Assembly (NCBI GenBank): GCA_001643675.2
Contig: LSRY02000062.1
Coordinates: forward strand, 248,001-312,000
DNA from: Monocercomonoides exilis PA203
Taxonomy: Eukaryota; Protista; Preaxostyla
DNA: 64,000 nucleotides
Direction of reading: 5' to 3'
The notes under the pieces were generated by a model that ran no database searches, had not been told where the DNA came from, and was given only the letters and a program-made list of their open reading frames with translations. The position numbers and the translations under genes were made by a program. Within the stretch, counting starts at the first letter, position 1. Each line of letters begins with the position of its first letter. This document shows positions 23,862 through 36,727 of this stretch, one piece after another.

Positions 23862-25718
23862 TTACATCGGATCCGCAACTGCACTTGAAATTAAAGGATC
23901 GCTTGCTGCTTCTGATTTCTCTTGATGGTCTCGGTCTAATCTAGCTTTGCGCTTTGCTTCCTTCTTTGCTTCCTTCTTTTTCTTTTTTCTATTCCAGCAA
24001 CAGCACGCAATCCCAACGACGATTACAGCTATGAGCAATGCAATTCCAATGACAATCACCAATATTAGTAATATAATAAATTCACCAGAAAAAACCGTTG
24101 AAACAGAAAGCCAATCATCAAAGCCCCCTTTTGTTTCAAAAGTAACTTTAGCTCCTTCTGTCAGCGAAGTTGCATTGGAAAATGACTCCTTAACAAGAAG
24201 ACCTTCCCAACAGTCAGCTGCACCAACATCCTTTCCTTTTTTCTTTTCTATAGCATCATTATGGGTAAATTCTGTGGCAAAAAATGAAACGCGCTTCTTT
24301 CTGTTCGCTTCTATAATTGATTCAGGATGATTTCCTTGCTCTTTCGAGAGATATACACCACCTCCAATGTCCTTTTCACTTGAACAGAGAAGGAAGGACA
24401 AATTATTTAGAGTTACAAGTCCTTTGTCACCATATGCGGCTTCAATGAAACATCCTCCACCACTTTGAACAGCAGAACAATGCGTAAATGATGACAAATA
24501 AATTGTAACTTCCCAATCAACTTCACACAAATACAGTCCACCACCGTATTCAGCAGAACATTTGATGCAGCTGCTCCTTTCAATGCTTCCCTGTCCATTC
24601 CAGATGTATCCTCCTCCTTTCTTTTTTGCTTGGCATCGATTTATAATTGTATAAGTCATCGTTAAAGTTGGGTTGTGGGTTCTATCAGATACATCAATTG
24701 CACCACCTTGTGAATCATCATCAGTTACCGAACATTTCACAAACTTCGATTCATGCAACTTTAATTCTCCTGGGCCAACCATCCATATTGCACCTCCGTG
24801 ATTTGGAGCTGTTGATTCTCGAATTGTAGCATGGTCAAATGTTTTTGACTCACTCAACTGTTGTTGGGCTTCACTGGAATGATATCGAGGGATTACTGCA
24901 TCTCGATGCATCCTTCTAATTGTTGTGTTGGTACATACAAAACTACAACCAAGCATCCCTTGCACAATTCCTCCATAAAATACATTATCAACATGTTCCA
25001 AAACATTGTTGACAAGAGAAGAATGATGATTGTACGACCATTGTGGAGATGGGAGGATATTCTGCATGTGTGTTATATTTTTCAGAACGCAATATGAAAA
25101 AGAAACTGAATTAGTGAAAGGATCAGCAATTAAACCAGTTGAACCATCTGTGACAAGAGATTCAAAATTTGAATATGAAACTGATACCATTCCACCATGA
25201 TCCTTTGTTGAAACCACCGGCTTTATGGACTCGATGGATGCAGAAGAGAGTATGAGATTATCAAAGTGGATTGATCCTCCATCAAGTTCAAAACAGGAAC
25301 ATGGCGATGCAAGAAAAGATATATTCAAAGTTAATACTTCCAACTTTGATTTCACATCAACAGTTGCAATATGTTTCATCAATGAAAGTTCTAATAAAAG
25401 ATTAGATAGAACAAGAGATGAATTAGAAAGTTCAAATTGAGTGTTATCGGAAAATGCATCTGAAAACATAACGGGGGTTATATCTCTCCCTCCAATTTGT
25501 ATATTTTGATTTTTCAGGCACGTTTTGTGTTCAGCTATAGATGGCATATGAAGTGTTAGCGCGTAAGATCCTAAATCAGATGGAATTGATGGAAATGAAG
25601 TAAAGGAAATGGAATTCGAAATTTCTCCTTGATTTAAAAACGGATGTGATTTAGTTGCATAAATAATTGTTGATAAGAAAAATAAGACAAATTTTATCGA
25701 GTTAAAAAACATAATCAT
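23862..25718 (-). CDS. Type I membrane surface protein with Pmp-like / right-handed beta-helix repeats
   Basis: N-terminal signal peptide; repeated C-x-A..GG[AG][ILVYC] units (HGGAI, QGGAI, GGGY, YGGGL, SGGGC, GGGV); one TM helix followed by CCC and a Lys-rich cytosolic tail. Confidence 0.8.
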   Translation of the reverse strand: MIMFFNSIKFVLFFLSTIIYATKSHPFLNQGEISNSISFTSFPSIPSDLGSYALTLHMPSIAEHKTCLKNQNIQIGGRDITPVMFSDAFSDNTQFELSNSSLVLSNLLLELSLMKHIATVDVKSKLEVLTLNISFLASPCSCFELDGGSIHFDNLILSSASIESIKPVVSTKDHGGMVSVSYSNFESLVTDGSTGLIADPFTNSVSFSYCVLKNITHMQNILPSPQWSYNHHSSLVNNVLEHVDNVFYGGIVQGMLGCSFVCTNTTIRRMHRDAVIPRYHSSEAQQQLSESKTFDHATIRESTAPNHGGAIWMVGPGELKLHESKFVKCSVTDDDSQGGAIDVSDRTHNPTLTMTYTIINRCQAKKKGGGYIWNGQGSIERSSCIKCSAEYGGGLYLCEVDWEVTIYLSSFTHCSAVQSGGGCFIEAAYGDKGLVTLNNLSFLLCSSEKDIGGGVYLSKEQGNHPESIIEANRKKRVSFFATEFTHNDAIEKKKGKDVGAADCWEGLLVKESFSNATSLTEGAKVTFETKGGFDDWLSVSTVFSGEFIILLILVIVIGIALLIAVIVVGIACCCWNRKKKKKEAKKEAKRKARLDRDHQEKSEAASDPLISSAVADPM

Positions 25719-25831
25719 TGAATAGTTAATCTAATTTATGGGTAATAACGAAATTTTTTATTTAATTATTGTAATGCAAAAACATACAAATGCTTGACAG
25801 AAAAAATCGTACTGAAAACATGTTTTGTTGA

Positions 25832-26929
25832 TTAAGCTATATGTCCGTGAAATACAAGATGTTCAAGAAAATGTCCATCCAACTTTGCAAATGGATATGA
25901 AAAACTGAAGTCATCTTTATCAATTTCGATAGCTGATGAACGAACTTTATTGCTACCCATTTCAATGCAATCATTAAGTTCGCTTTCAAAAGCATCATCG
26001 CTGATTTCACTTTCCATCTCCGTATATTTTGATCGCATTCGCAAAGATTCAATCCATTCAAAAGGCGAAATTATTGGAACATGCGAATTTCCAGAAATTG
26101 AAGGATAAAGAAGATCAGGAGTATTAAATATAACCTGGAAAATATAGTTAAATGTGATATTTGAATAAAAAAGTATTTATTGTGAAAAAGTTTAAAAATT
26201 CAAAAAAAACTGAGGCATACAAATAAATTTGTAGTCAGAAAGTTATTGATAACAATTTCTGTTATCTTCTCTTCAATTGCGGCAATTGTTATAGATGGTG
26301 AAGAAGTGCATCTGGTAAACAATTTCATTGAAATGGCCTTTATTGATCTTGCTAAATTCATTGATTCTAAAATGAAAATATTGTTATAAAATAATTCCAA
26401 CCATCAACATTGCAAACCACGCTTTCCTGTAACGAGAAATACAATTTCGTCGGAATGGGATGCAACCTCAATATCACTAATAGATTTTACAGCTACTTTC
26501 ATTGGCTTTATAGGAAAACAATCACCAGATTCTATTAAAACTTGGTACAATTCCTTCAAACAGAAACATAAAAATAGCAAAAACATAAAATAAAATAAAA
26601 TAGCATACTGCTGCATTGTAACTTGCAAGTTGAATTGAATGTAAGGCACTTGGTGAAAAATTGCCAAAAAAAAAAAGGCATGCATCACTTTCAGAAATTT
26701 GTTCTGACGATGAAAGTTCGCCCGAACTTTGTTTCGTGCATGAATTCCATTTCCATTGTGCGCAGGAAAAAGGAACATCTGTGTTTTGTCGTATTATGTT
26801 TTGTATATCATTGATCCAATCATAAGATTCCATAAATATAAATATGATATGATTCTTAATTGTTTTGACAATATTCATTAAAGGTTCCAACGAAAATGGT
26901 ATTGAATAATCCTGCAAGGATTTTTGCAT
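25832..26929 (-). CDS. Divergent diphthamide synthesis DPH2/DPH1-like protein (4 exons)
   Basis: Spliced C-terminal part DIEVASHSDEIVFLVTG..EKITEIVINNFLTTNLFVIFNTPD..HVPIISPFEWIESL parallels DPH2 (IEKAKDA..IGILVGT..GKIN.AKLANF..ID.FVLVACPE..KPIITPFE). The N-terminus is uncertain. Confidence 0.5.
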
Positions 26930-27407
26930 ATCGTTGAAACTCTTATTTGCTCAAAAACGCAGGTTAATATCTAAAAATTGAAAAATTGTTTCTTAAGGGT
27001 ATGACGATTAATTTCTAAAAATTCTTGAAAATGAAAAAGAAACTTTTTCCAATAACGTTTTTGAAGTTCTTTTCACTAAAACAATATTAAACATTAGTAT
27101 TATAATTATTATTCTTTCACGTGAAGAAATGTTGAAACGTATCTTTAAATACACTTTATATCACATATAATATTTGCTCCATTTAAATGAATCAAGAACA
27201 AATTAACAGCGATGTAGAATTTTTGTTTTTTATATTTCAATGTTAATTATAACATCCAATAGTATTTAATTGATTGAATTTTCGAAAGAAAAATTGACTT
27301 TTTCAAAATTTTTACTTTATTAATAAATTTCTATTGCCTAGCTGAATTTTTAAATTGCATTAAATATCTCTATTTTAATATATTCAAATGTAATGATTGT
27401 CTTAACT

Positions 27408-28559
27408 TTAATTCGTCTTCACTTTCTTTTTTGGCGAGGGAGACTGACACTTTTTGCACATTTTGCCAATTGAAGATATCTGAAAAAGATCAACAATTTG
27501 TTTGTCCATTAAAATCAAAATTTTTGAAAAAGCAATAGATTATATTAATATAATATCTTCAAGTGAATAACAATAAATTTCATACCAAATAAACAATGAA
27601 TGAATAAGATGAAACGCCAGCCATAACCAGAATAGGAATGATATCTCTTATTAAAGATGCTGGGAAGTATTTGGACTCTTTTGGTTTCTCATCGACATAG
27701 CTCTTTGCATAATCAATAAAATAGCCAAACACAAGTTTAAATGCCCTTGGGATGTCTTTGTAACTTTTTGAGTTCAATAAGTCATCAAAGTTTTCGCCTT
27801 TTTCCGTTAGATTTTCCAATGAATAATTATCAATGTTAGGAATTGATAAAAATGCTTTATAGTAAAATTCTGGCTTTAAAAGCAAGAAATACATGTTAAA
27901 AGTGAGGAGCCAAACAAAAGTAATTCTTTATACAAAATTTAAAGATATTTTTCAAGATATATGAATGAAATTGTGCACACCTCTGATGTTCCATTTGATC
28001 AACAGATCTTTTTCTAAAAAAGACAAAATGGCTTCCACAACCAGCAACAAATGCAACCAAAAAGGATATTAGTAATTGGTTAGAAGAAAAATTCTTAAGA
28101 GTACGCTCGATTGCATTTAAAACCACATGTGACATTGAAAAATTCATTCCCAGACTCAAAATTGCATTAATTGGAGTGCAGGTTAAAAATCGAGGGAATA
28201 GTTGCAAAAGCGTCACCGAAATCAGCCAACCTACGAAAAATGTGAAATAATACTTCGAATTCATTATCCAAGCTAAAAATATGTTCATAAATATGAAATC
28301 ATAATCTTCATAGAAAACGAATTTTTAGACAAATACCTGGTGTATCATGGAAAAACAAAATAAATGGAACTGTGCTACCAAACATTGTAACAAAAAAATC
28401 AGAAAATATGGATTTTTCTTGTTTTCGTGTTGTTCGGTTCAAAGTAACGAAGTATATACATTGAATCAAGAACAAATAAGGATAGGATTGTCCAATATAA
28501 GGCTCTATCTTGTTAAAAATCAATTTATAATCAGAAAGTCTGTCAAATAGTTTCGACAT
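27408..28559 (-). CDS. Multi-pass ER membrane protein, TRIC/TMEM38-like (multi-exon)
   Basis: Several hydrophobic helices; FVAGCGS and TMFGS resemble the TRIC glycine motifs; predicted last exon ends KKKVKTN* (KxKxx ER-retrieval signal). Alternative ATG at 28577. Confidence 0.45.
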
Positions 28560-30504
28560 ATTTTTGATCCTTAACATAATTAATTTTTCACTTTTTTGAT
28601 GATTTGATTCATGTTTTGTCTACTCTTCAAAATTTGAAATTTAATGTAATACACAATTATTTCATTTCACATTTCCTCATTAGAAATTATGAAATCCATT
28701 TTATTTTTTTCACATTATTCGCAATTTTTTTCATTTTGAGCATCATTAAAAACGATTTTTTTGAAATTGAACATTGGAGCTCTATTGAAAAGTAACTTTT
28801 CTATGTCCAAAGCTTTTAATCAAGAGATAACTTCAATGAAGTTAATTATTTCAACAGTTTTTGAAATTCTTTAAAGAGAAAACAATATATTCCATCATGA
28901 AGTTCATATCCATTAAAAACACATAACTCAATGTTAACACATTTTTTCAGATGCGAATTTGTTTCAGTTTTATATTTTTTAATGCAGATTGATAATTGTT
29001 GAATGATGTGAAGTTATTCATTCAGTCAATGATAGAATACTAAGTGGCTTGTCGAAAAGAATATTAAACAAGCCACATTCAAAGTTTGAAACTCACTGAA
29101 ACTGAGAAAGTGTCTAGTGAAAGCATTATCAAATCCAACAACGCACTAAACAATTTTATCACAAACAATATGAAACTGAAAATAACTTTTATAACTATTT
29201 CACAGAATTATATCGTCCTCTTGATAAGCTTTTTGTGATCATTAAATTTAAATAAATAAAATATTCTTATTTGAATTTAAAAAGTTTCACAAATCATTTC
29301 ATTAAAATATCAATAATGTCTAAGAAAAGTAATGAAAATCCAATTTTCTTTGGAATCTGAGAAAGTTAAATAAAGTTATTCATTTCACTTAAGATTAACT
29401 GATTTGCGCAAATAAAGTTTGAAAGGACGTATTTCCTCCAACTTCTGTTCATTTTTCGAAAAGCATGTAATTTCCAAACCACAGCATTGGAATGAAATTT
29501 CATTTTGATTTTTTAGAAATGGGTCAAAATATTTCACTTCAGACATTTGCATTGAAACATTATGAACTTTTCATTATCTTTTTGAAATCAAAAAAAGCAA
29601 TAAAAATGGATTCATTTTTTGAAATGCTTTTAAAGTTACAAAACATTTTGTTGAAGCATCAATGAAGTTTGTATTCGGATATGATAAATCATTTGAAATT
29701 GAGATCTGATAAATTTTGATAAAGTTATGAGAGAAGCAATTTTTCTATGCCTTGTGCAAAAAAAGCTTGAAAGTCCGTATTTTCCCCCAAATGAAGAATG
29801 AAAAAGTCATTCAATTATTAATTATATAAAACTATTTATCTTCTCAAACGTTGTCTTTTTGAATATCTGCAATTTTCTTTTCATTTCTGCAAAGGCAATC
29901 ATGTCAATTACAAAAAAACTGTTCTTTATTCAATTTACCGTTTTTGAAAAGTAATAAAAACATTATTAAATTTGGAAAATTTTTTTAAAAATATATAATT
30001 TTCAAGATTTATAAATTTTGTTGAGAATTTCCCTTTTCTTTTTTTTTTTCAGATTAAGATTTTTTTATTTCAATTTCATGAAAATTTTTCAAATTGAGGA
30101 ACGCAGACTGTATTTGAAGAAAAAAAAAAAAAAAAAAAACTATTCAGTTAATTTGTTTGGGAATAATTGTTCCTCAATGTTCAAGAATTAGAAGATGAGT
30201 ATGGAAATGATTCTTCAAAAATAAGAATTTGTTTTCCATAAAATGATGCTGCAATTTTCATGAATGAAAAAACGTTGAATTATTAGAATTAACAACGTTT
30301 GGAACAGTTTTTATTTATCAACTGATTATTAATTAGAAAAAAAATATTTTTTTCGAATCTGTCTTTATTGACAATAAAGAAAACATCTTGTTTTTAAACA
30401 AATATTATATTAATTTTTTGTGAATGAGAAAAAGGTGAATAAAAAAAAGAAAAATCAATTATCTTTGCGTCAAGATCAAAACACCCAATACTGCATGATG
30501 ATTG

Positions 30505-33500
30505 ATGTGCAGTTTTTTAACTTCATCACCCGATGCAAATAGAACAGTAATTGAGACTCAGCACATTTCACTTCGGGTGAATAAAAACAATGGCAAGGGG
30601 TACATTAACCAATATGAAATTGTTGCAAGAATAGGCGAAGGATCATCAGGATTTGTTTGCTTATGTGCAGACACAGAGCATGATATGAAGCCTGTTGCAA
30701 TGAAAATTTTGGACAAGAAAAATTTTATCCAAAGAAAAGATTCAAAAATTGGAGCTTCTTTTGAAGGTTTGAAGAAAAATTTTGAAATTCATTTTTTATT
30801 TTTCTATTTTATTGCAACGAAAAGATATTAAAAGAGAAATTGCAATAATGAAAAAGTTAAACCATCCAAATGTTATAAAGCTTTATGAGGTTATCGATGA
30901 TATTAAATCGGGAAATCTTTATCTTGGTATGATAATAATTTATTAATTTAATGAAAAGGAACTATTTTTATTAATTTAGTTATGGAATATCTTCCAGGAG
31001 GACCATGCTTTGTGAGAAAATCAAGACCGCTTAGTGAAGAAATTGCAAGGCAATACATAAAGCAAATCACACTCGGATTAGAATATTGTGTGAACTGCTT
31101 TTGTTTTATTTCCTCTTCAATTTGATATTTTTTTAAAAATTTCTCACTTTCTAACAGGTCATGCAAATGGGATTATTCATCATGACCTTAAACCTGACAA
31201 TGTTCTAATTGCATGTGATGGTTCATTAAAAATTTGGTTTGGGGTTCATAATGCATTAATTACTATTTTCATTACAATTTTCCACCAATTTTATATTACC
31301 CACAAAACAAACAAAAAAAAGTGATTTTGGAGTTTCTATTCCACACAACATAGGAGATGATCGCTCGTATGTTGTTCGAGGAACTCCTCCATTTTTATCT
31401 CCAGAAGTCTTGAAATGTTTGCTAAATTGGATTTAAACTTCTGTTGGATCATGTGAGACTTTTTTATATAAATGCAAAATATCAACATCATTTCATGCAA
31501 TCAGTTCGAAAAGACCACGAACCATATTCAGGCCAAAAAGCAGATATATGGGCATTGGGCATAGTTCTGTTTATGTTTATATTTGGAGATGTGCCTTACA
31601 AAGGAAAGACCATCGAAGCAACTCTCGATTTGATTCTTGCTCAGCCGTGTGCAGTTCTCCTTCTTCTTCTCCTTTTTTTAAACCGAAATTTGTTGATTCA
31701 TTGCTTTTGAAAATGCAACTGTTTTCATAAAAAATATTTTCATTCATAATTTTACCAGTCTGGTGCTGCCACATCCTGTTAGTCCTTCGCTAGACAATTT
31801 TTTTAAAAGAATTTTGGATAAAAATCCAGACACACGAATAACCATCGAAGAAATGAAGGTTTTTGGAAGAGCATTCTTATTTTTTGTTTTTGAACATTTA
31901 TTTTTTTCAAATTGATTTCTTGCGTTGCAAAAAAAAACTCTTTCATATCATTGGAATCTCTTTGCCTATTTGCTTGTTTGTTTGAATTATTATTGTTAAG
32001 AGAGACAAATGGCTCACAAAGAACGGCGAAGATCCGTTTCCTCCGCCTGTTCGGAATGTTGTGCTCCAAAAGACAGATTTAGAAAGTGCTTTTACTCCGT
32101 CTTTGCCCTTTCACGCTGTTGTATGCTCCTCTTTTCTATTAATCTTTCAGCTATCTTTCATTTCTGTTCATGTCAAATTTATTCATGTTTTTAGGCATCT
32201 TTGAAGCTGCGGATGCATCGTGTTGCATCTGACATCCGCCTGCGGATGAGTGCCAGTCAGCCTGTTCTGTCGCTCAGCAGTACAGACAACACCAACACCT
32301 CTTCGACACACACTCCCAAACCAGCCAGCAGAGGCGACTGCCGCTGCTCCTCTTCAGACAGCGAGTGTTCTGTCCCAATCAGAGCAACACAGAAGGCTGG
32401 CTGCGACAACACGCTCTCCCATTCCCAGTCCAAACTGCATGGCACAGCTGGAACCGCCTCACAAACAGCAGATGCTTCAGACAAACACACAGAACAGCAT
32501 CCGTCTTCAGACGAGCACAGCCACTCGACACACCACTCACGCCATCACTCACACAGACACCACCATCATTCATCTTCCCAACAGAGCACATCTCCTGTAT
32601 ATCTGCAGAACTACGTCCATCACACTGCCAGTAAACACTCTTCATTATCACCAAGGGCTCATTCTCTGCTGCAGACACCCTTTCAGCAAACAACAGACAG
32701 CACTTCTCAACAAAACCAACAGCAATCTCCAACATCTTCTCCTTCTCCTGTCACAAACAGAGCAAGTGGATGTGATGGCTATATATCATCATCATCATCA
32801 TCCTCCTCTTCCTCTTCTTCCTCGTCTTCCTCTTCCACTTCCGCCTCCGCTTCTTCCTTTTCTGTTACATCGCCTTCTTTTTTCTCTCCCATGAACAGTC
32901 CCTTGCAACGCGTGCCTTCTACCTCAATGCTTCCTGTTCCACAGTCATCGCCCATCAACCTCGTCAGCTCTTCCCTCAAAACAAAGTCCTCTCTGCTTTC
33001 TTTGAACTCCTCCTTTTCTGCCCATTCACTCGACAGCAACCAGCAGACGCAGCGGCTGATCACCCCGCAGCAGTCAGTGCAGCACTTCGATCTTCTGAAG
33101 AGCGCATCCAACACACGCTCTGTCTGCAACCTCTCGCCAATCCAGTCTCCGTCCATCTCTTCCCTCAGCTGCTTGTACCAGAATGGCCCATCTGACAGCA
33201 GAAGCCGCCTCGGCCGCGCAAACTCGGTCTGTCTTCCGAACCAGCCGCAGAAGGAGAATGCTGTTCAGATGGATCGACACAGGGCGATGTCGATGGTCAA
33301 TGGGGGAGTGGGAAGCTCTGCTTTGATGCTTCCGATGGCAGACACGTTGCATCTGTTTGGGGGAAGTGCTGAGGGAGATGGGCAACTTGGGAACGGGTTG
33401 CTGAATGAGAGCTTTGGAGAGAACAAAGAAGGGAACAGAGAAGAGGGAAGAGAAGAGAACAGGGAAGAAAATATTGAAGTGAAACAGACAAGAAAGAAAG

Positions 33501-36500
33501 TGTGCTCAAGCGAAGATGACAGGAAGCAGCTGAAAGTGGGCGATTTAGGTGCAGAGGAGAAGCTTGACTCGAGTGTGAGTTTCTGCATTGACTGCTCATT
33601 TGACACGACTGACTCAGACATCCAGACAGACACACTCAACAGCACCGATGCCCCACAGGCAAGACAGCAACTGGTGGCAGACAGGAAAGAGCAGAGGGAT
33701 GTTGACGAAAATGGCAACAGGCTGATCGATGCATCATTCGCTAAGAATGGACGCTCTCTCTCGATGGTGATGTCTCCGAGTGTGTCTGCTTCTGCATCTG
33801 CTTCTGCATCTGGCACAATGGCAGACTCTGCAATAGAAGGGCAGTGTGTTCCTGGGCACATCAGTCTCCACTATTCAGGCAGTGAATGCGGTTCCAGCGA
33901 CAATCTGTGTGAGTGCAGCACAGACAGACACGACTTCTCCCTCGCCACCACACACAGTGCATCGACCCTCTCCCACGTCTCAGAAAGCAGGCAGCAGCCA
34001 CACTTCACTCCGCTCCAGCTGCAGAAGCTGCCGGCAACACACTTCTCGTTCGTTCCGCTTCTGAAGTCGGCCCAAGGCTCCTCTCAGAACTCGTCTCAGA
34101 GCGACGCCCAGAACGAAGAGCTGTTCAACAAGGCACACAGCGCATTGCTACTCCCGCCGTACAGCCCTCTCCTCTCTTCGCCACTCAGCAGCTATGCTGG
34201 TTGTGGTGGTGGCAGTGGCAGTGGCAGTGGCAGTGGCAGCAGCATGAACAGAGAGGCATCATATGCCACGCTGCTCTGCCCAGTCACATCGCTGCCTCCA
34301 CTTTCAGAGTGCTTTGAGCCTGTTTCAGGTGTCCCCTCGTCTGTACCAAGTTCTCATCTCGAGCGATTCTTCAAGGCAATCACAGCTTCCACAAGCACCC
34401 TCCCTTTGGCCTCCAATGTGTCATCGTGTTCACTGACATCGCCACATTCATCGACTGCCTCATTTTCGTCTTCCACGCCAGCGCTGCTGACAGTCAACCA
34501 GACATTGTCTCAGACAAGTCTCCCTCCTCTCTCAGCTGCCTTGCAGACACGCACAGGCACTCCTTCTTTGTCCAGACTGCATTCTCCTCTTATCAATTGC
34601 ATCACTTCTGCTTCTGCCACATCTTCCTCCTCTTCCTCGTCCTCATCCTCTTCCTCCTCTTCCTCTTCATCGACTTCTGCATTATCAGCATCTGCATACA
34701 CAGAAAGGATGAACCGACAGCGCCATCTGATGAACCGAAGACTGACAACATCGTCCATCTGCTATTCAGATAGTGATGCAACTGATGCACACACAAAGGA
34801 AAGCGAGAGAGAAGGCGCCTCCTTCTGCGACGATTCAAAAGCCCGCCTTTCCATCCACTCGCCTGCTGAGCACACACGCCGTTCTTCTCTGTCTCTGCAG
34901 GACTCTTCTCCTTCCTCCTCTGCCAAGCACCATTCCCTCTCTTCTCTCTGGATCCCAGGCAGCTCCCCCAGCGAAGGCCAGTTTTCTCCGCTTTCTCCGC
35001 TCAACTGCATGTTCTCCCCTTCTTCTGCTGCTGAGTCCTTCTTCTCTTTCTCCCAGTCGCAGCTTCTGCTTCCCGTACAGCCCATTCCACCTGTCCCTCC
35101 TGTCCCTCCTGTCACCACTGCCCCACCAGACTCACAGACTGAGCAGCACATCAAACACAAGTCCCATCTTTCATTTCCGCAGACGTCTGTTCTGCTTGAC
35201 GAGAACAACACAGCCATCCACACGTGCCTGGCAGCATCACAGTCATCAAAAGATCTGCTCAGCCACTCATTCACCCGATCCACCTCTTCCATGAGAAAAA
35301 GTTTTGATGTCTCGTCTTCCACTCCGCTGCTGATGAACAACCTGTCTCTTGCTGAGAAAGACACCCTGAAGCCAGCGCAGTCGCACAACGAGCTGCCTCC
35401 CTTTGCCCCTCTCCCACACACACCCAGCAATCCCTGTGTGAACTCCATCTCTTCTCTCTCCTCAGACCGTGCTGTAAGAACTGGCTGCATCCAGAAAAGC
35501 GACTCGAGAGAGAACACACAAACAAACCCAATTGAAATCAAGTCGCTCACTTCAAACGCGTCTGCCCCGTCGAATGTGGTTGAGCTGGATCTGACGGAAC
35601 AGGAAGAGAACTTCTCTCCTTCTTATCAGTTCCAGTCTCAGTCTCAATCTCAGTCACATTCACATTCACATTCACACTTTTCACCGAACCAGCAGCACAC
35701 ACTCACACAAGCACAATCACAATCACAATCACAAATTCAAACACAGACTCAAACACAATCACAAACACAATCACAGACCCAGACACAGGCCCAGCTCAAC
35801 TCGTCCTCTCTGATGCACTTCCAGATGAGCGGGTCGCTCAGCACGCCCACCAGCACCACTCACCTTCTGCCCGACCTCTGCCCATCCCGTGTCCCTTCCC
35901 CGTCGATCATGTCCCCTGCCTCGCCTGGCTCCTCCGCCTCTCCCATTTCGCCGGCGTCGCCGATGCAGCACTTCACTCAGCAGTTCCACACATTGGCCTC
36001 TCAGACAGACGCATTCGCCCCTGCTTCCCCTCCGCCCATCAGCCACACAATGTCACAATCACCCCCCAGACAATATATCTTGCCCAATTCTTCGAATACT
36101 TCTTCTTCTTCCTTTTCTTCCTCCTCTTCCTCTTCCTCTTCTTTCTCTCCCACTGCCACTTCGCCAGTCACCTCTCCTCCTCCATCTGTGCATATTCCCA
36201 ACCAAACAGACAGGTCTTCCACTCTTTCTGATTCGTGTGGAATTCACTCTTCGCTCAAAGCATTCAACACAACAGCCCTCAAAATGAACACGAACAGCCG
36301 TCGCCCACCTGCTCATCGCTCTTCTTCCTTTTCTATTGCTTCTTCTTCTTCTTCTTCTTCTTCTTCGTCTCCTTCTTCTTCATTGACTAACATTCATTCT
36401 TCTGCTGTTGAACCTTCTTTTTCTTCTCCTTCTTATCATTTCTCAAACGCTTCTTCAACTACAACAACAACTTCTACAACTCCATCTTCTTCCTCTTCTT

Positions 36501-36727
36501 CCTCCTCCTCCTCGTCATCATCCTCAACCCCCTCCTCTTCTTCACAATCTCCTTCATCTTCCTCCTCCTCCTCATCTTCTTCTTCACCATCATCCTCATC
36601 TTCTTCTATTTCATTACAGCAACCTCCTCCTTCACAGGCAGTTGTTTCATCTGCAAACAGCAAAAAGGTTAGCAATGAAATGATGTTCCATCCACTCAAC
36701 AAGTATTCATGTTGCGTCATTGTGTGA
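30505..36727 (+). CDS. CAMKK/LKB1-group Ser/Thr kinase with an about 1500-aa Ser-rich tail and C-terminal CaaX
   Basis: Kinase exons 30505-32111: INQYEIVARIGEGSSG, VAMKIL, EIAIMKKLNHPNVIKLYEVIDD, HHDLKPDN, CDFG, GTPPFLSPE, ADIWALGI. These splice in frame to the large exon 32195-36727 ending SCCVIV*. Confidence 0.88.

Noticed and set aside
28800-29940. Possible micro-exon gene on the minus strand; 9-bp hairpin at 29044-29076
   Set aside because: A few exon-like segments exist, but I could not assemble a consistent frame or recognise a product. It needs RNA-seq.
32250-36720. Numerous alternative-frame and antisense ORFs in the kinase tail
   Set aside because: Expected from low-complexity, stop-poor sequence.
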